Part shown: piece by piece, positions 1 through 11,230 of the stretch
Layout of the letters: the number at the start of each line of letters is the position of its first letter
How positions within the stretch are numbered: the stretch's first letter is position 1
Origin: an uncultured delta proteobacterium
GTDB taxonomy: Bacteria > Myxococcota > Kuafuiibacteriia > Kuafuiibacteriales > Kuafuiibacteriaceae
NCBI GenBank assembly: GCA_963803435.1
Contig: CAWDML010000009.1
Coordinates: forward strand, 768,001-832,000
Length of the DNA stretch: 64,000 nt
Direction: 5' to 3'
Position numbers and translations under genes: made by a program
The notes under the pieces: generated by a model
Told to the model about the DNA's origin: nothing
Database searches by the model: none
What the model saw: only the letters and a program-made list of their open reading frames with translations

Positions 1-746
<746 letters not shown>

Positions 747-837
747 TACGCAATTCGTCGAGGTTAGGGTTCGGTGAAAATCGAGCTCTGGCACGCGAGA
801 CGAAACTGAGTTCGATTCTCTCCATCATATTTGTAGT

Positions 838-955
<118 letters not shown>

Positions 956-963
956 TTTTTTCG

Positions 964-998
964 AAGCCCCGAACGGAGACGTTCGGGGCTTTTTTTTT
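964..998 (+). terminator. Rho-independent terminator of the rRNA operon
   Basis: 12-bp stem AAGCCCCGAACG/CGTTCGGGGCTT, GAGA loop, 9-T run. Confidence 0.92.
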
Positions 999-1038
999 CT
1001 GCTCGACGGGCGCCTCCGAAATTTCGCTGTCCACCGGC

Positions 1039-1086
1039 ATCGTGTATCTTGTGGCTAGGCGACGAGGGGCCCACTACATCTTGCGC
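1039..1086 (+). promoter_or_regulatory. Putative tandem NrdR boxes upstream of tdk
   Basis: ATCGTGTATCTTGTGG (1039) and CCACTACATCTTGCGC (1071), 32 bp apart; compared with consensus acaCwAtATaTwGtgt. Confidence 0.6.
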
Positions 1087-1247
1087 TCCTCGTGCAGAGG
1101 TGCGTTGATGAGTGGGAGGTCGCGGCGAGCCAGAGGGCCAGGCTCGGCGCGGCGGCCGCCCGGGGATCGAAACGGATCGGGCTGAGGCCCAGCGGACGAT
1201 CCGCGTTCGATCCCCAGGCGACCGAATAATCTTCGGGAGGTTGTCCG

Positions 1248-1832
1248 ATGGTGATTCAGCCGCGCGGGACCGGCTGGTTGGAAGTGATTTGCGGGCCGAT
1301 GTTCTCCGGCAAGACGGAGGAGCTGATCCGTAGGCTGCGGCGTGCGGAGATCGCGAAGCAGAAGGTCCGGGTGTTCAAGCCGGTCATCGATGACCGGTAT
1401 TCGATCCGGGAGGTGGTGAGCCACAGCGCGCAACGCACGGGCGCGGCGCCGGTGCGTTGGGCGCGGGAGCTGCTCGAGCGCGTGGATGCGGAGACGGACG
1501 TCGTCGGGATCGACGAGGCCCAGTTCTTCGATCAGGAGCTGGTGGCGGTGGTGGATCGGTTGGCGACGGAGGGGCGCCGCGTGCTGATCGCGGGGCTCGA
1601 CACGGACTACCGGTCCGAGCCGTTCGAGCCGATGCCGACGCTGATGGCGCGAGCCGAGTACGTCACGAAGCTCCTGGCCATCTGTGTCCGATGTGGGAAT
1701 CCGGCGAACCGGACGCTGAGGGTCGCCGGCGGCGCGGCGCGGGTGGAGGTCGGGGCGTCCGATCGGTACGAGGCCGTCTGCCGGCTCTGTCATGCGGAGG
1801 CGTTCGAGCGGCCGCGCGCGGCCACCGCCTAG
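1248..1832 (+). CDS. tdk: Thymidine kinase
   Basis: GPMFSGKTEEL P-loop, IDEAQFF, AGLDTD, Zn-binding CVRC...CRLC. Confidence 0.95.
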   Translation: MVIQPRGTGWLEVICGPMFSGKTEELIRRLRRAEIAKQKVRVFKPVIDDRYSIREVVSHSAQRTGAAPVRWARELLERVDAETDVVGIDEAQFFDQELVAVVDRLATEGRRVLIAGLDTDYRSEPFEPMPTLMARAEYVTKLLAICVRCGNPANRTLRVAGGAARVEVGASDRYEAVCRLCHAEAFERPRAATA

Positions 1833-1874
1833 CCCCTTGCCGGATCCGGCCTGGTCGTGCTCCATGCACGACCG

Positions 1875-2693
1875 ATGGCCGATCACATCTATGAACATGT
1901 GGAGATCTCGGCTCAGCAGATCGAGCACTGCTACGGGCCGAACGTTCGCTTGCTCTCCGATCCCTACCTCTTGACGCTGCTGGCGAGGCTCTGCTCGCCC
2001 GAGACCGTGCAGCCCAGCTTCAACCGCCTGGTTCGGGAGCTCTACACCGTGCTGGCCGGCCGGGTGGTCGCGTCGGAGTTTCCGCAGCGGCGGGTGGAGA
2101 TGCCGACACGGATGATCGCCTCGACCCCGCACGGCGTGTACGTGGGTCAGGTCGTGGAGCCGCGGACGCGGGCCGTGGTGGTGGACGTGGCGCGGGCCGG
2201 GACGCTGCCGTCGCTGGTGGTGTACGAGACGCTCAACCACATCCTGGATCCGCGGGGCGTGCGGCAGGATCACGTGTTCATGAGCCGCACCACCGATGCG
2301 CAGACCGGCGCGGTGACGGGGGTCAGTATGTCGGGATCGAAGGTCGCCGGCGACGCAGCCGGCGCGATCCTGCTGGTGCCCGATCCGATGGGGGCGACCG
2401 GTGGATCGATCTGCGCGACGGTGGACCTCTACCTGGCGGAGGGGATGGAGGCGCCGAAGAAGGTGGTCCTCATGAACCTGATCGTGACGCCGCAATACCT
2501 CAAGCGCGTCCAGGCGCGGCACCCGAACGCGATCGTCTACGCGGTGCGGCTCGACCGCGGCCTGTCGCCGCAGGATGTCCTGCAGACGAAGCCGGGCGAG
2601 CGGTGGGACGAGGAGAATGGACTGAACGAGCTGCAGTACATCGTTCCGGGGGGCGGCGGTTTCGGCGAGCTCATGAACAACGCGTACGTGTGA
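1875..2693 (+). CDS. upp: Uracil phosphoribosyltransferase (divergent type)
   Basis: PRPP loop [14 protein letters not shown]-terminal [11 protein letters not shown]; ATG at 1875 chosen. Confidence 0.8.
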   Translation: MADHIYEHVEISAQQIEHCYGPNVRLLSDPYLLTLLARLCSPETVQPSFNRLVRELYTVLAGRVVASEFPQRRVEMPTRMIASTPHGVYVGQVVEPRTRAVVVDVARAGTLPSLVVYETLNHILDPRGVRQDHVFMSRTTDAQTGAVTGVSMSGSKVAGDAAGAILLVPDPMGATGGSICATVDLYLAEGMEAPKKVVLMNLIVTPQYLKRVQARHPNAIVYAVRLDRGLSPQDVLQTKPGERWDEENGLNELQYIVPGGGGFGELMNNAYV

Positions 2694-2701
2694 GGTCTCA
2701 G

Positions 2702-3226
2702 ATGAACATCGCGAGCCAACCGAAAGTGATGATCTCGGAGGAAGCGATCCGGAGTCGCGTCGAGGAGCTCGGAAAAGAGATTCGCGAGAGCCACCAGGGG
2801 AAGGAGCTGAAGGTGATCGGCGTGCTGAACGGGTCCTTCGTCTTCATGGCGGACCTGGTGCGCGCGATCGGGCTCGAGCTGTCCTGCGATTTCCTCGGGC
2901 TGTCTTCCTACGGCGACGCCACCGAGTCGTCGGGGGTCGTGGCCATCACGAAGGATCTGACCGGGCCGATCGAGGGGCAGCATGTCCTCATCATCGAGGA
3001 CATCATCGATACCGGGCTCACCATGGCGTACCTGATGGAGAATCTCGCCACACGCAAGCCGGCCTCTCTCCGGATCGCCTCGCTGCTCTCGAAGCCGGCC
3101 CGGCGTCGCGTCGAGGTGACGATCGACTACCTCGGCTTCACCATCGAGGATCGCTTCGTCGTGGGCTACGGCCTCGATTACGCCGGGAAGTTCCGGAACC
3201 TCCCGTATATCGGCGTGATCGAGTAA
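2702..3226 (+). CDS. hpt: Hypoxanthine phosphoribosyltransferase
   Basis: [32 protein letters not shown]. Confidence 0.95.
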   Translation: MNIASQPKVMISEEAIRSRVEELGKEIRESHQGKELKVIGVLNGSFVFMADLVRAIGLELSCDFLGLSSYGDATESSGVVAITKDLTGPIEGQHVLIIEDIIDTGLTMAYLMENLATRKPASLRIASLLSKPARRRVEVTIDYLGFTIEDRFVVGYGLDYAGKFRNLPYIGVIE

Positions 3227-3264
3227 GCTCGGAAGCGCGGGGTCGCCCGCAGTGTTCTCGAAGC

Positions 3265-3991
3265 ATGGCAAAGGGAGAAGAGCAGGCGCAGAAGCCGAGG
3301 CGCAGGATTCGCGTCGGGCGGATCCTGATCTCGATCGTCCTGCTCGGTTTGCTCGGGGGCGGTGTCTACTTCGCGTCCTGGCTGAACTCGCGCCGTTATT
3401 TCCTGGTGGTCGACAACACCGAGGCGCGGATCGCCAAGGGCCGGATGCTGCCGGTCGGTCACGTGCCGTTCGTGCCGGCCGACCCGGGCATGCGCCGCGC
3501 GTATGAAGCGATCCCGTTGCCGGGCGGGATGAAGCTCCCGCGGAGCACCACCACCTTCGCCGACCGCATCGAGCTCGACCAAGCGATTCTATCGCCTGCT
3601 GCACGATGCCACCGAGTTCACACTCGCCACGGACAACGATCGGACGCCCGAGCTCACGGTCCGGTATCTCGAGCAGATCAAGTCGCTCCCCGGAATCACG
3701 GTCCAGCAGCAGCTCGAGGTGGCGACGATGGAGCGGGACGCCCAGTACGTCCGGGCGCGCGGCCTTCAGGAGAACAGCACCAAGAACCTGGAGATCGCCA
3801 AGAAGCTGTTCGTCGAGTCGGCTCGCGGGGGTGGGGGCCGTTTTCACGACGGCGAGCTGCGTGCGCGCGTCGTCGACGCAGCGCTCCGTGCATTGAGCGC
3901 CGAGGCCCCGCCCGCCCCGCCGCCGCCAGCGCCGCCGCCGCCGCCCCCGCCGGTCCGTTCCAGCACGGTCGCAGCCGTTCCCTCGCCGTAA
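3265..3991 (+). CDS. Membrane-anchored hypothetical protein; apparent frameshift at ~3588
   Basis: N-terminal TM helix; deleting one T in GATTCT (3585-3590) joins the ORF starting at 3265 to the frame of 3719..3991 (..DQAIYRLLHD..). Confidence 0.65.
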
Positions 3992-4098
3992 GGCGTCGCT
4001 GAACGGCGCCTCATCTTTCTCGTGTCATTCCTTGTTGATTCCTTCGGCGGAATCGAGGTACCACGCCGCCAACTTTTCGGACCGAGAGGCGAATTTAG

Positions 4099-4338
4099 AT
4101 GGCGTCTATCGAAGACAAGGTGAAATCGATCATCGTCGAGCAACTCGGCATTTCCGAGGACGAGGTCAAACCCGAGGCCTCGTTCATCGACGATCTGGGC
4201 GCGGACTCCCTGGACATCGTCGAGCTGGTGATGGCGATGGAAGAAGAGTTCGAGATCGAGATTCCCGACGAGGAAGCAGAAAACATCAAGACCGTCGGCG
4301 ACGCGATCAAGTACATCAACCAGCACAAGCCAGCTTGA
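4099..4338 (+). CDS. acpP: Acyl carrier protein
   Basis: [20 protein letters not shown]. Confidence 0.97.
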   Translation: MASIEDKVKSIIVEQLGISEDEVKPEASFIDDLGADSLDIVELVMAMEEEFEIEIPDEEAENIKTVGDAIKYINQHKPA

Positions 4339-4352
4339 TCTCAGCGGGTGCT

Positions 4353-5615
4353 ATGAAGAGCACGACGGACAAAAAAGGCCGGCCTCGCGTGGTCATCACC
4401 GGCATGGGGATGGTGACGCCGTGCGGGACCGGCCTCGAGAAGACCTGGGCTTCGCTCGTCGAGGGCAAGAGCGGGATCAAACCGATCCAACGGTTTGACG
4501 CGTCCGCCTTCGACACGCGGATCGCCGGCGAGATTCACGACTTCGAGCCGGCCGATTGGCTCGACGCGAAGGAGATCCGCCGCAACGATCGCTTCATCCA
4601 GTTCGCGCTCGCCGCATGCGACATGGCGATGAAGGATGCCGCCTTCACCATCGCGCCGGCGGAGGCCGAGCGGGTCGGCGTCATCGTGGGCGCCGGGCTG
4701 GGCGGGCTCGAGACGATCGAGAAGACGGCAAAGATCCTGTTCGAGCGGGGTCCGAGCCGGATCTCCCCGTTCTTCATCCCGGGCCTGATCGTGAATCTGG
4801 CGCCGGGACAGATCTCGCTGAGGGTCGGCGCCAAGGGACCGAACTGGTCTCCGGTGTCGGCGTGCGCCACCAGCGCCCACGCGCTCGGCGAGGCTGCGGA
4901 GCACCTGCGCCGCGGGGTCTGCGACGCGGTGATCACGGGCGGCACGGAGGCCACCATCACCGAGCTCGGCGTGGGCGGCTTCAACGCGATGAAGGCGCTG
5001 TCGACGCGGAACGCGGAGCCCGAGAAGGCCAGCCGGCCCTGGGACGAGGATCGGGACGGCTTCGTGATGGGCGAGGGCTCCGGCATCCTGGTGCTGGAGA
5101 CGCTCGAGCATGCGCTGGCGCGAAAGGCCCGGATCCGAGCGGAGCTCGTCGGCTATGGATCGACTGCGGACGCGTTCCACGTCACGCAGCCGGACGGCCA
5201 GGGCGCGATCCGTTGCATGAAGATGACGCTGGCGGACGCAGGGATCGAGGCGAACGCCGTCGACTATATCAACGCGCACGGCACTTCGACGCCCGTCGGC
5301 GATCTTCAGGAGATCGAGGCCATCAAGGCGGTATTCGCTGCGCACGCGCGGACGGTGTTGGTCTCGTCCTCAAAGTCGATGCACGGCCACATGCTCGGCG
5401 CGGCCGGCGCAGTCGAAGCGATCATCGCCACGCTCGCGCTGGAGACCGGCACGATCCCTCCGACGATCAACCTGGATAAGCCGTCGGTGGGGTGTGACCT
5501 CAACCTGGTACCCAACCGGGCGCAGAACGCCGAGCTCCACTACGCGCTGAGCAACTCGTTCGGCTTCGGCGGGACCAACGCGTCGTTGCTCCTCAAGAAG
5601 TGGGAAGACGCCTAG
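4353..5615 (+). CDS. fabF: Beta-ketoacyl-ACP synthase II
   Basis: RVVITGMG, SACAT catalytic Cys, NAHGTST, SNSFGFGGTN. Confidence 0.96.
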   Translation: MKSTTDKKGRPRVVITGMGMVTPCGTGLEKTWASLVEGKSGIKPIQRFDASAFDTRIAGEIHDFEPADWLDAKEIRRNDRFIQFALAACDMAMKDAAFTIAPAEAERVGVIVGAGLGGLETIEKTAKILFERGPSRISPFFIPGLIVNLAPGQISLRVGAKGPNWSPVSACATSAHALGEAAEHLRRGVCDAVITGGTEATITELGVGGFNAMKALSTRNAEPEKASRPWDEDRDGFVMGEGSGILVLETLEHALARKARIRAELVGYGSTADAFHVTQPDGQGAIRCMKMTLADAGIEANAVDYINAHGTSTPVGDLQEIEAIKAVFAAHARTVLVSSSKSMHGHMLGAAGAVEAIIATLALETGTIPPTINLDKPSVGCDLNLVPNRAQNAELHYALSNSFGFGGTNASLLLKKWEDA

Positions 5616-5631
5616 GCGTCCCCGCGTCCCC

Positions 5632-6354
5632 TCAGAAACGCATCGCTACGCCCGCCATGATCTTGAGGGCGAAGAGCGGCCGCACGCCGGTCTCGAAGGC
5701 CGGGCCGAACTTGGCGTCGAGGGTGACGGCGAGGGGTGGGGTGATGTGAAACTCGGCGACCGGTCCGATCAGGATCGGCATGGCGAGGAAGAAGCCGTCG
5801 CCCCGGGCGAGGTCGGCGTCGGCGGCCGTGAGGGCGCCGATCACGATCGGGAAGTCGAGCCCTCCGCCGATGACGAAGCGATCCTCCACCTGAAAGCCGA
5901 TGACGCCGCTGACCGTGAGCTGGAAGGCGAAGACGCTCGGCTCGAACCCGAAGACCAGTCCGGGATCGCCGCGCAGCGCGATGCTCATGCTCTCGTCGCG
6001 GAAGAGCGTGAAGCGGATCGGGACGGCCAACACGATGCTGGGGTGGAAGGCCGCCTTCGGGACCCAGGTCCCGTAGTCGAAGGCGACCAGGCCGCCGATC
6101 GAGAAGTCGGGGGTGAGCGTGTAGTGGTACGCGACCCGGGGGAGGCCCGAGAAGCCGAGCTCGGCATGACCGATCGAGCCCGAGCTGGGGATGCCGCCGG
6201 CCATGATGTCCCACGACAGGCCACGGACGATCTCGACCGACGTGCTGGGTGGTAGGTCGCCCTCGACCTCCTCTTCTTGGGCTCCTGCGGATCGGACGGC
6301 CCCAGTCGCCAGCAGGAAGGCGCAGGCGCTCACGGCAAATCGTTGGATGCTCAC
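5632..6354 (-). CDS. Probable outer-membrane beta-barrel protein
   Basis: Signal peptide, alternating beta-strand pattern, terminal Phe (VAMRF). Confidence 0.6.
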   Translation of the reverse strand: MSIQRFAVSACAFLLATGAVRSAGAQEEEVEGDLPPSTSVEIVRGLSWDIMAGGIPSSGSIGHAELGFSGLPRVAYHYTLTPDFSIGGLVAFDYGTWVPKAAFHPSIVLAVPIRFTLFRDESMSIALRGDPGLVFGFEPSVFAFQLTVSGVIGFQVEDRFVIGGGLDFPIVIGALTAADADLARGDGFFLAMPILIGPVAEFHITPPLAVTLDAKFGPAFETGVRPLFALKIMAGVAMRF

Positions 6355-6415
6355 GGGAGCTGGAGTCTGCCCAGCCTTGCGCCTGGTGAAAAGACAGACT
6401 TATGCTCCCGCGGTC

Positions 6416-7174
6416 GTGCGTTGCGTCTCAGCCGCGCTCAGCCATGTCGGGATGAAGCGCGACCACAACGAGGACGCGTACTTCAATAACGACGAGCTGG
6501 GTTTGTACGTGGTGGCCGACGGAATGGGCGGTCATGCGGCGGGTGAGATCGCCTCGTGGGAGGCCGTTGAGGCCGTCCATGGGATGGTGCGTCGCGGGAA
6601 GGACATCATCGACGCGTATCTTCGCCACCCTGCGGAGGACACCGTGGCCTCGCTGCGCCGTCTCCTCGAGAGCGCGATCCAGGCGGCGACGTACATGGTC
6701 TTCGGCATCGCCGAGCAAGATCCCACCAACAAGGGAATGGGTACGACCATCACGGCGATGCTGGTCATTCACAACATCGCGGTGATCGGATCGGTCGGGG
6801 ATAGTCGGGCGTACCTGGTGCGGGGGGATCGGACCTGGCAGGTCACCGAGGATCACACGCTGGTGCAGCTGCAGATGAAGGCCGGGCTGATCACGGCGGA
6901 TCAGGCGAGAAACTCACCGAGGGGCAACGTGATCACCCGAGCGGTGGGGCCTCGAGACTACGTGCAGGTGGATACGTTCGTGGTGCCGGTGCAGCCGGGC
7001 GACAAGTACGTCCTCTGCTCCGACGGGCTGCACGGCTACGTGGACACGACCGAGATCGCGCCGGTGATCGTCGGGCAGCACCTCGAGGGTGCGTGTCAGC
7101 GGTTCATCGACATCGCGAACGAGCGCGGCGGCAAGGACAACATCACCTGCGTGCTCGTGCATCTGGTGGCGTGA
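6416..7174 (+). CDS. PP2C-type Ser/Thr phosphatase (Stp1/PrpC family)
   Basis: RDHNED, VADGMGGH, MGTT, VGDSRAY, LCSDGL, GGKDNIT; GTG start inferred. Confidence 0.93.
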   Translation: MRCVSAALSHVGMKRDHNEDAYFNNDELGLYVVADGMGGHAAGEIASWEAVEAVHGMVRRGKDIIDAYLRHPAEDTVASLRRLLESAIQAATYMVFGIAEQDPTNKGMGTTITAMLVIHNIAVIGSVGDSRAYLVRGDRTWQVTEDHTLVQLQMKAGLITADQARNSPRGNVITRAVGPRDYVQVDTFVVPVQPGDKYVLCSDGLHGYVDTTEIAPVIVGQHLEGACQRFIDIANERGGKDNITCVLVHLVA

Positions 7175-7696
7175 TCAGCGGGCGCCGGTTCGGCCGATGG
7201 CCAGCTTGAACGCGTCGCGCGTGGTGCCGGCGGCGGCGTAGCACCAGCGGTGCTCGAGCGAGAGGAGCGTGATGAGCTCGCCGCGCTCCTCCTCGGGGAT
7301 CGGCGAGAAGTCGAGCGTACTCAGGTGTCCGAAGCGCCGGAGGAAGTCGAGGGCCTGACGGATGGCGGCGTTGTCGCGCTGGAGGCGCCCGCGGGACTCC
7401 GCCCAGTCCTCGAGGGCCTCGACCTCGGCCCGAAGGGCGACCAGGTACTTCTGGAGGGGCGTGTGGGTGAGGTCGGTCCCGGCGTCGAGCCGGTAGCGCC
7501 GGAGGAGATCGAGGAGGGGCGTCGCTCGATCGACGGTCAGTGTGGGGCGATGTCGCATCACTTGGGTCAGCCTCGCTTCCATGCGCGCCCGGCGGGCCTC
7601 ACGCGCCTCCCGGGTGGCGGCGCGGCGGGCGCGCCCGGCGGTTCCGTAGATCGAAGTGCGCGGCTCCAAGGTCATCATGTCCCCGCCTCCGAGCAA
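7175..7696 (-). CDS. Hypothetical protein
   Basis: 173-aa helical-looking ORF filling the gap; no motif recognised. Confidence 0.5.
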   Translation of the reverse strand: MLGGGDMMTLEPRTSIYGTAGRARRAATREAREARRARMEARLTQVMRHRPTLTVDRATPLLDLLRRYRLDAGTDLTHTPLQKYLVALRAEVEALEDWAESRGRLQRDNAAIRQALDFLRRFGHLSTLDFSPIPEEERGELITLLSLEHRWCYAAAGTTRDAFKLAIGRTGAR

Positions 7697-7966
7697 GCCG
7701 TGTGTCAGGGTGGCAGACCGCGAAATGATTGATGGAAGGCGCTGCTCGGGTCGCGTCGACCATGCGGGCAGCGGTTTGGGTGACCACGTGCTTTACAGCT
7801 GCCATGTCCCTCCTCCAACGAACGACGTTCGTGATCGGATCTACGAGCAAAGGGGCGGCCAACTTCGAATCGCCTCCGGTTTGTGCGCGCCGCCGCATCG
7901 ACCGCTTCACGTCTGGGACGCGGATTGGGAATCCGGCGACGCGGATGTCATAGTCACCGGTCAGCC

Positions 7967-9103
7967 ATGGAACGGCCGAACGGAACCAAGCGGCTCACTT
8001 ACGAGATCCTTCATCAACTCCCGAAGACGGACCTTCATTGCCACCTGGACGGCTCGCTCCGCCTCCAGACGATCCTGGAGCTCGGGGCCCAGAACAAGGT
8101 GAAGCTGCCCGCGGACACACCCGAAGGCCTCACCAAGGCCCTCCGGATGGGAGAGGACTGCGGGAGCCTCGAGACCTACCTCGAGGCCTTCGATCTGACG
8201 CTCTCCGTCATGCAGACGGAGGAGGGGATCTATCGGGTCGCGTACGAGCTCGGCGAGGACGCCGCCAAGGAGAACGTGCGCTACATGGAGGTCCGGTACG
8301 CGCCGATGCTGCACACGCGGCGGGGTCTTCCGCTGCCGAACATCGTCGACGCCGTGGTCCAAGGCCTGCGGGACGCGGAACGGGATCACGGCATCATGAG
8401 CGGGATCATTCTGTGCGGGATCCGGAACATGGATCCCGAGGTCTCATTCCGCATGGCCGAGCTCGCGATCGCGTTCAAGCACGCGGGGGTGGTCGGCTTC
8501 GATCTCGCGGGCGCGGAGCTCGATCATCCGGCGAAGGATCACGCCGATGCCTTCCACCTGATCCTCAAGAACAACGTCAACTGCACCCTGCACGCGGGGG
8601 AGGCGTATGGTCCGGAGTCGATCCACCAGGCGATCCATTTCTGCGGCGCGCATCGGATCGGGCACGGCTGCCGGCTGGCGGAGGACGGCGACCTCCTCAA
8701 CTACGTCAATGATCATCGGATCGCGCTGGAGATCTGTCCCAGCTCCAACGTGCAGACCGGCGCGGTCGACTCGCTCGAGGCTCACCCGATGCGGTTTTTC
8801 TTCGACTACGGCCTGCGCGTCACCATCAACACGGACAACCGATTGATCACGGATACCTCGGTGACCAAGGAGCTGTGGCTTTGCCACGAGCACATGGGCT
8901 TCGATCTCGAGGAGATCAAGCAGGTGATCATGATGGGCTTCAAGTCGGCGTTCGTGCCGATGCGGGAGCGGCGCACGTTGCTCCGCCGCGTGGCCGACGA
9001 GCTGGAGACGCTCACGCGCGCGCCCGTCCAGCCGGAGCTGGCCGATCTGGCGGAGGAGGGATCCGTGTCTAAAGAAAGCCCTTCTCTGAGAGCACGGACT
9101 TGA
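7967..9103 (+). CDS. add: Adenosine deaminase
   Basis: PKTDLHCHLDGS, GFDLAG, HAGE, RIGHG, EICPSSN, NTDN. Confidence 0.93.
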   Translation: MERPNGTKRLTYEILHQLPKTDLHCHLDGSLRLQTILELGAQNKVKLPADTPEGLTKALRMGEDCGSLETYLEAFDLTLSVMQTEEGIYRVAYELGEDAAKENVRYMEVRYAPMLHTRRGLPLPNIVDAVVQGLRDAERDHGIMSGIILCGIRNMDPEVSFRMAELAIAFKHAGVVGFDLAGAELDHPAKDHADAFHLILKNNVNCTLHAGEAYGPESIHQAIHFCGAHRIGHGCRLAEDGDLLNYVNDHRIALEICPSSNVQTGAVDSLEAHPMRFFFDYGLRVTINTDNRLITDTSVTKELWLCHEHMGFDLEEIKQVIMMGFKSAFVPMRERRTLLRRVADELETLTRAPVQPELADLAEEGSVSKESPSLRART

Positions 9104-9713
9104 GCGTGCCCTCGTCGAGACCCTGAAGCAGCACGCCACCCACGTCGATCACCGGAACACCGCTGGGACGGATGCCGGCAGCGGCGGCCTTCTGCGCCAG
9201 CTCCTGCTGGGCCATGCGCGACGCCTCGATGTCCTTGTCGACGTAATGCACGCCCCACTGATCCAGGAGGCGTTTGGCCTTCTTGCAGACACCGCACCAG
9301 CTGGCGCTGTAGACCACGACCTGGTGGCCGGTGTCGCCGGCGGTGGAGCTGGTGCCGGTGATCTTCGCTTCCAGGCCGTACCGCGAGGCGATCGCCACCG
9401 GATAGGTGCCGTCGTCGCGGGCCTTTCGCAGGTCGGCGACGTAGACATAGCGACCGGACTGGCGGGCCTCCGGCGAGAGCGTGAGATCGGTGACGACGAC
9501 CGCAGCGCGTGCGTCCTCGGGGATCGCGTCGATGGTGGTGGCGGTCTCGAACTTCTTCCCGTCGCTCGAGTAGCTGAACACCATCTCCTTCGCGTCCTTT
9601 CGGACCTGGATGGGCGGAGGGGGCTCGGCCGGTTCGGACCCCTTGGTGGCGGGCTCCGCTTTGGGGCAGCCGGCCAAGAGGAGCAGCGTCGAGAACGCCA
9701 TCCCGGAGCGCAT
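9069..9713 (-). CDS. Glutaredoxin/NrdH-like domain lipoprotein
   Basis: Lipobox LLAGC; C-terminal YSASWCGVC and GVPVIDVGG. Confidence 0.8.
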   Translation of the reverse strand: MRSGMAFSTLLLLAGCPKAEPATKGSEPAEPPPPIQVRKDAKEMVFSYSSDGKKFETATTIDAIPEDARAAVVVTDLTLSPEARQSGRYVYVADLRKARDDGTYPVAIASRYGLEAKITGTSSTAGDTGHQVVVYSASWCGVCKKAKRLLDQWGVHYVDKDIEASRMAQQELAQKAAAAGIRPSGVPVIDVGGVLLQGLDEGTLKSVLSEKGFL

Positions 9714-9733
9714 CGCGACGAAACGTTAGTCCG

Positions 9734-11230
9734 TTGGGCCTCGAGGTAAAAGAGTTGCTGGAAATTTCGCGCCCCCCTATGTCTCTTTCAGAGATGGAGG
9801 CGCGCTTCGATGCCTCCTCCCGCACAGAGGTGCTGGAGAGGCTGTTCCGCGAGCCGGCGCCCCGCCGATGGACGGCGAAGCTCGAGGGTGCCGCGGCCGG
9901 GATCGCGAAGACGGTCGTGGTGGTCATGCTCGAGGGGCGGCTCGCCGACGCGGTGGCCGGTCCGCGGCGGGGTCTCGACGCGCTGACGGTGCTGGCGCTG
10001 GCGGAGGGCGGTGCGCTGGTCGGGGAGGCGATCGCGCCGCCGCCGGGTGACCCGGCGCGCCTCCCCGACGCGGTCGGCCTCTATCGACAGGCCGTCGCCA
10101 ACGCCGCCGAGGTGGCGCGTCGCATCGCGCCGCTGGGCGGGCTCGGGGCGAAGCCGGTCTCCGATGTCGATCGCCTGGTGGCGGAGCTGAGCCAGATCCC
10201 CGACGCCGCCAACGCGGTACTCCGGCTGGTCGACGGGCGCAGCACGACCGCCGCGGTGCTGGGGCGCTCGCCCCACGATCTGACGCTCACGGCGCGCATC
10301 CTCGAGCGCCTCTGCGCGTCGGAGGTGGTGATTCCGCCGGCCACCGTCCTGCCCGAGCCGATCGACGAGTCGGGCGAGGTGGTCGTGCCTTCGCCCGACG
10401 AGATGGAGGGTGACGCCGTCAACGCCGACGTCCGGCAGTGGCTCGAGGACGAGGAGCCGCCCGCGCAGCTCCTCTCTCCCGATGCGTTTCAGACGGCGTT
10501 CGGGGTGGCGCCGGGGCCAGGGACGCGGGCGCCGCTCGAGGCCCCGGCCCGGGTGCGGGCCTCGGTGCCGCTGACGACCAAGCGTCCGGTGAAGCGCGAC
10601 GAGGACGAGGATTTCTTCCGCGCCGCCGGCGTGCGCAAGACCAGCATGTCGACGTGGATCGTGCTGGCGCTGGCAGGCGTGGCGCTCGGAATGGCGGGCA
10701 GTCTGTTCCTCGGAGGCGGAAGGCCGGCCCGGCGGCCGGACTCGGGCGTGGCGGTGGTGATGCCGCGCGACGCGTCGACTTCGAGCGTGACGACGGCGAG
10801 CACGACGGAGACTGCGTCGACGGCGATCGAGCTGGTGGACGGACGTCCGCCGATCGCAGGGCCGGACGCGCCCGAGGACGTCAAGCACGCGGAGCGGCTC
10901 CTCAACGCGGGTCGCTACTCCGACGCGCGGGCGCTGCTCGATCAGCTGCGCAAGACCCGCGCGAACGACGCGACCGTCTGGATCCTGTCGGGCCAGGTCG
11001 AGGTCGACGTGGGGCGCCTCAACGAGGCGAACGGGCTCGCCGATCGCGCCCTGGAGCTGGATCCGAAGAGCTATCGCGCCTGGGTGTTGAAGGGGTCGGT
11101 GCTCCAGTTCCTGGGCAGGTTCACGCCGGCGCGGTCGGCCTACGAGCAGGCGATCGCGCTGGATCCGAACCATCCGATGACGCCCGAGATCCAGTCGGTC
11201 CTCGAGCAGATGAACAACCTCAATAGGTGA
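9734..11230 (+). CDS. Membrane protein with C-terminal TPR repeats
   Basis: TM helix WIVLALAGVALG, TPR motifs (ALELDP, AIALDP); start uncertain. Confidence 0.7.
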   Translation: MGLEVKELLEISRPPMSLSEMEARFDASSRTEVLERLFREPAPRRWTAKLEGAAAGIAKTVVVVMLEGRLADAVAGPRRGLDALTVLALAEGGALVGEAIAPPPGDPARLPDAVGLYRQAVANAAEVARRIAPLGGLGAKPVSDVDRLVAELSQIPDAANAVLRLVDGRSTTAAVLGRSPHDLTLTARILERLCASEVVIPPATVLPEPIDESGEVVVPSPDEMEGDAVNADVRQWLEDEEPPAQLLSPDAFQTAFGVAPGPGTRAPLEAPARVRASVPLTTKRPVKRDEDEDFFRAAGVRKTSMSTWIVLALAGVALGMAGSLFLGGGRPARRPDSGVAVVMPRDASTSSVTTASTTETASTAIELVDGRPPIAGPDAPEDVKHAERLLNAGRYSDARALLDQLRKTRANDATVWILSGQVEVDVGRLNEANGLADRALELDPKSYRAWVLKGSVLQFLGRFTPARSAYEQAIALDPNHPMTPEIQSVLEQMNNLNR

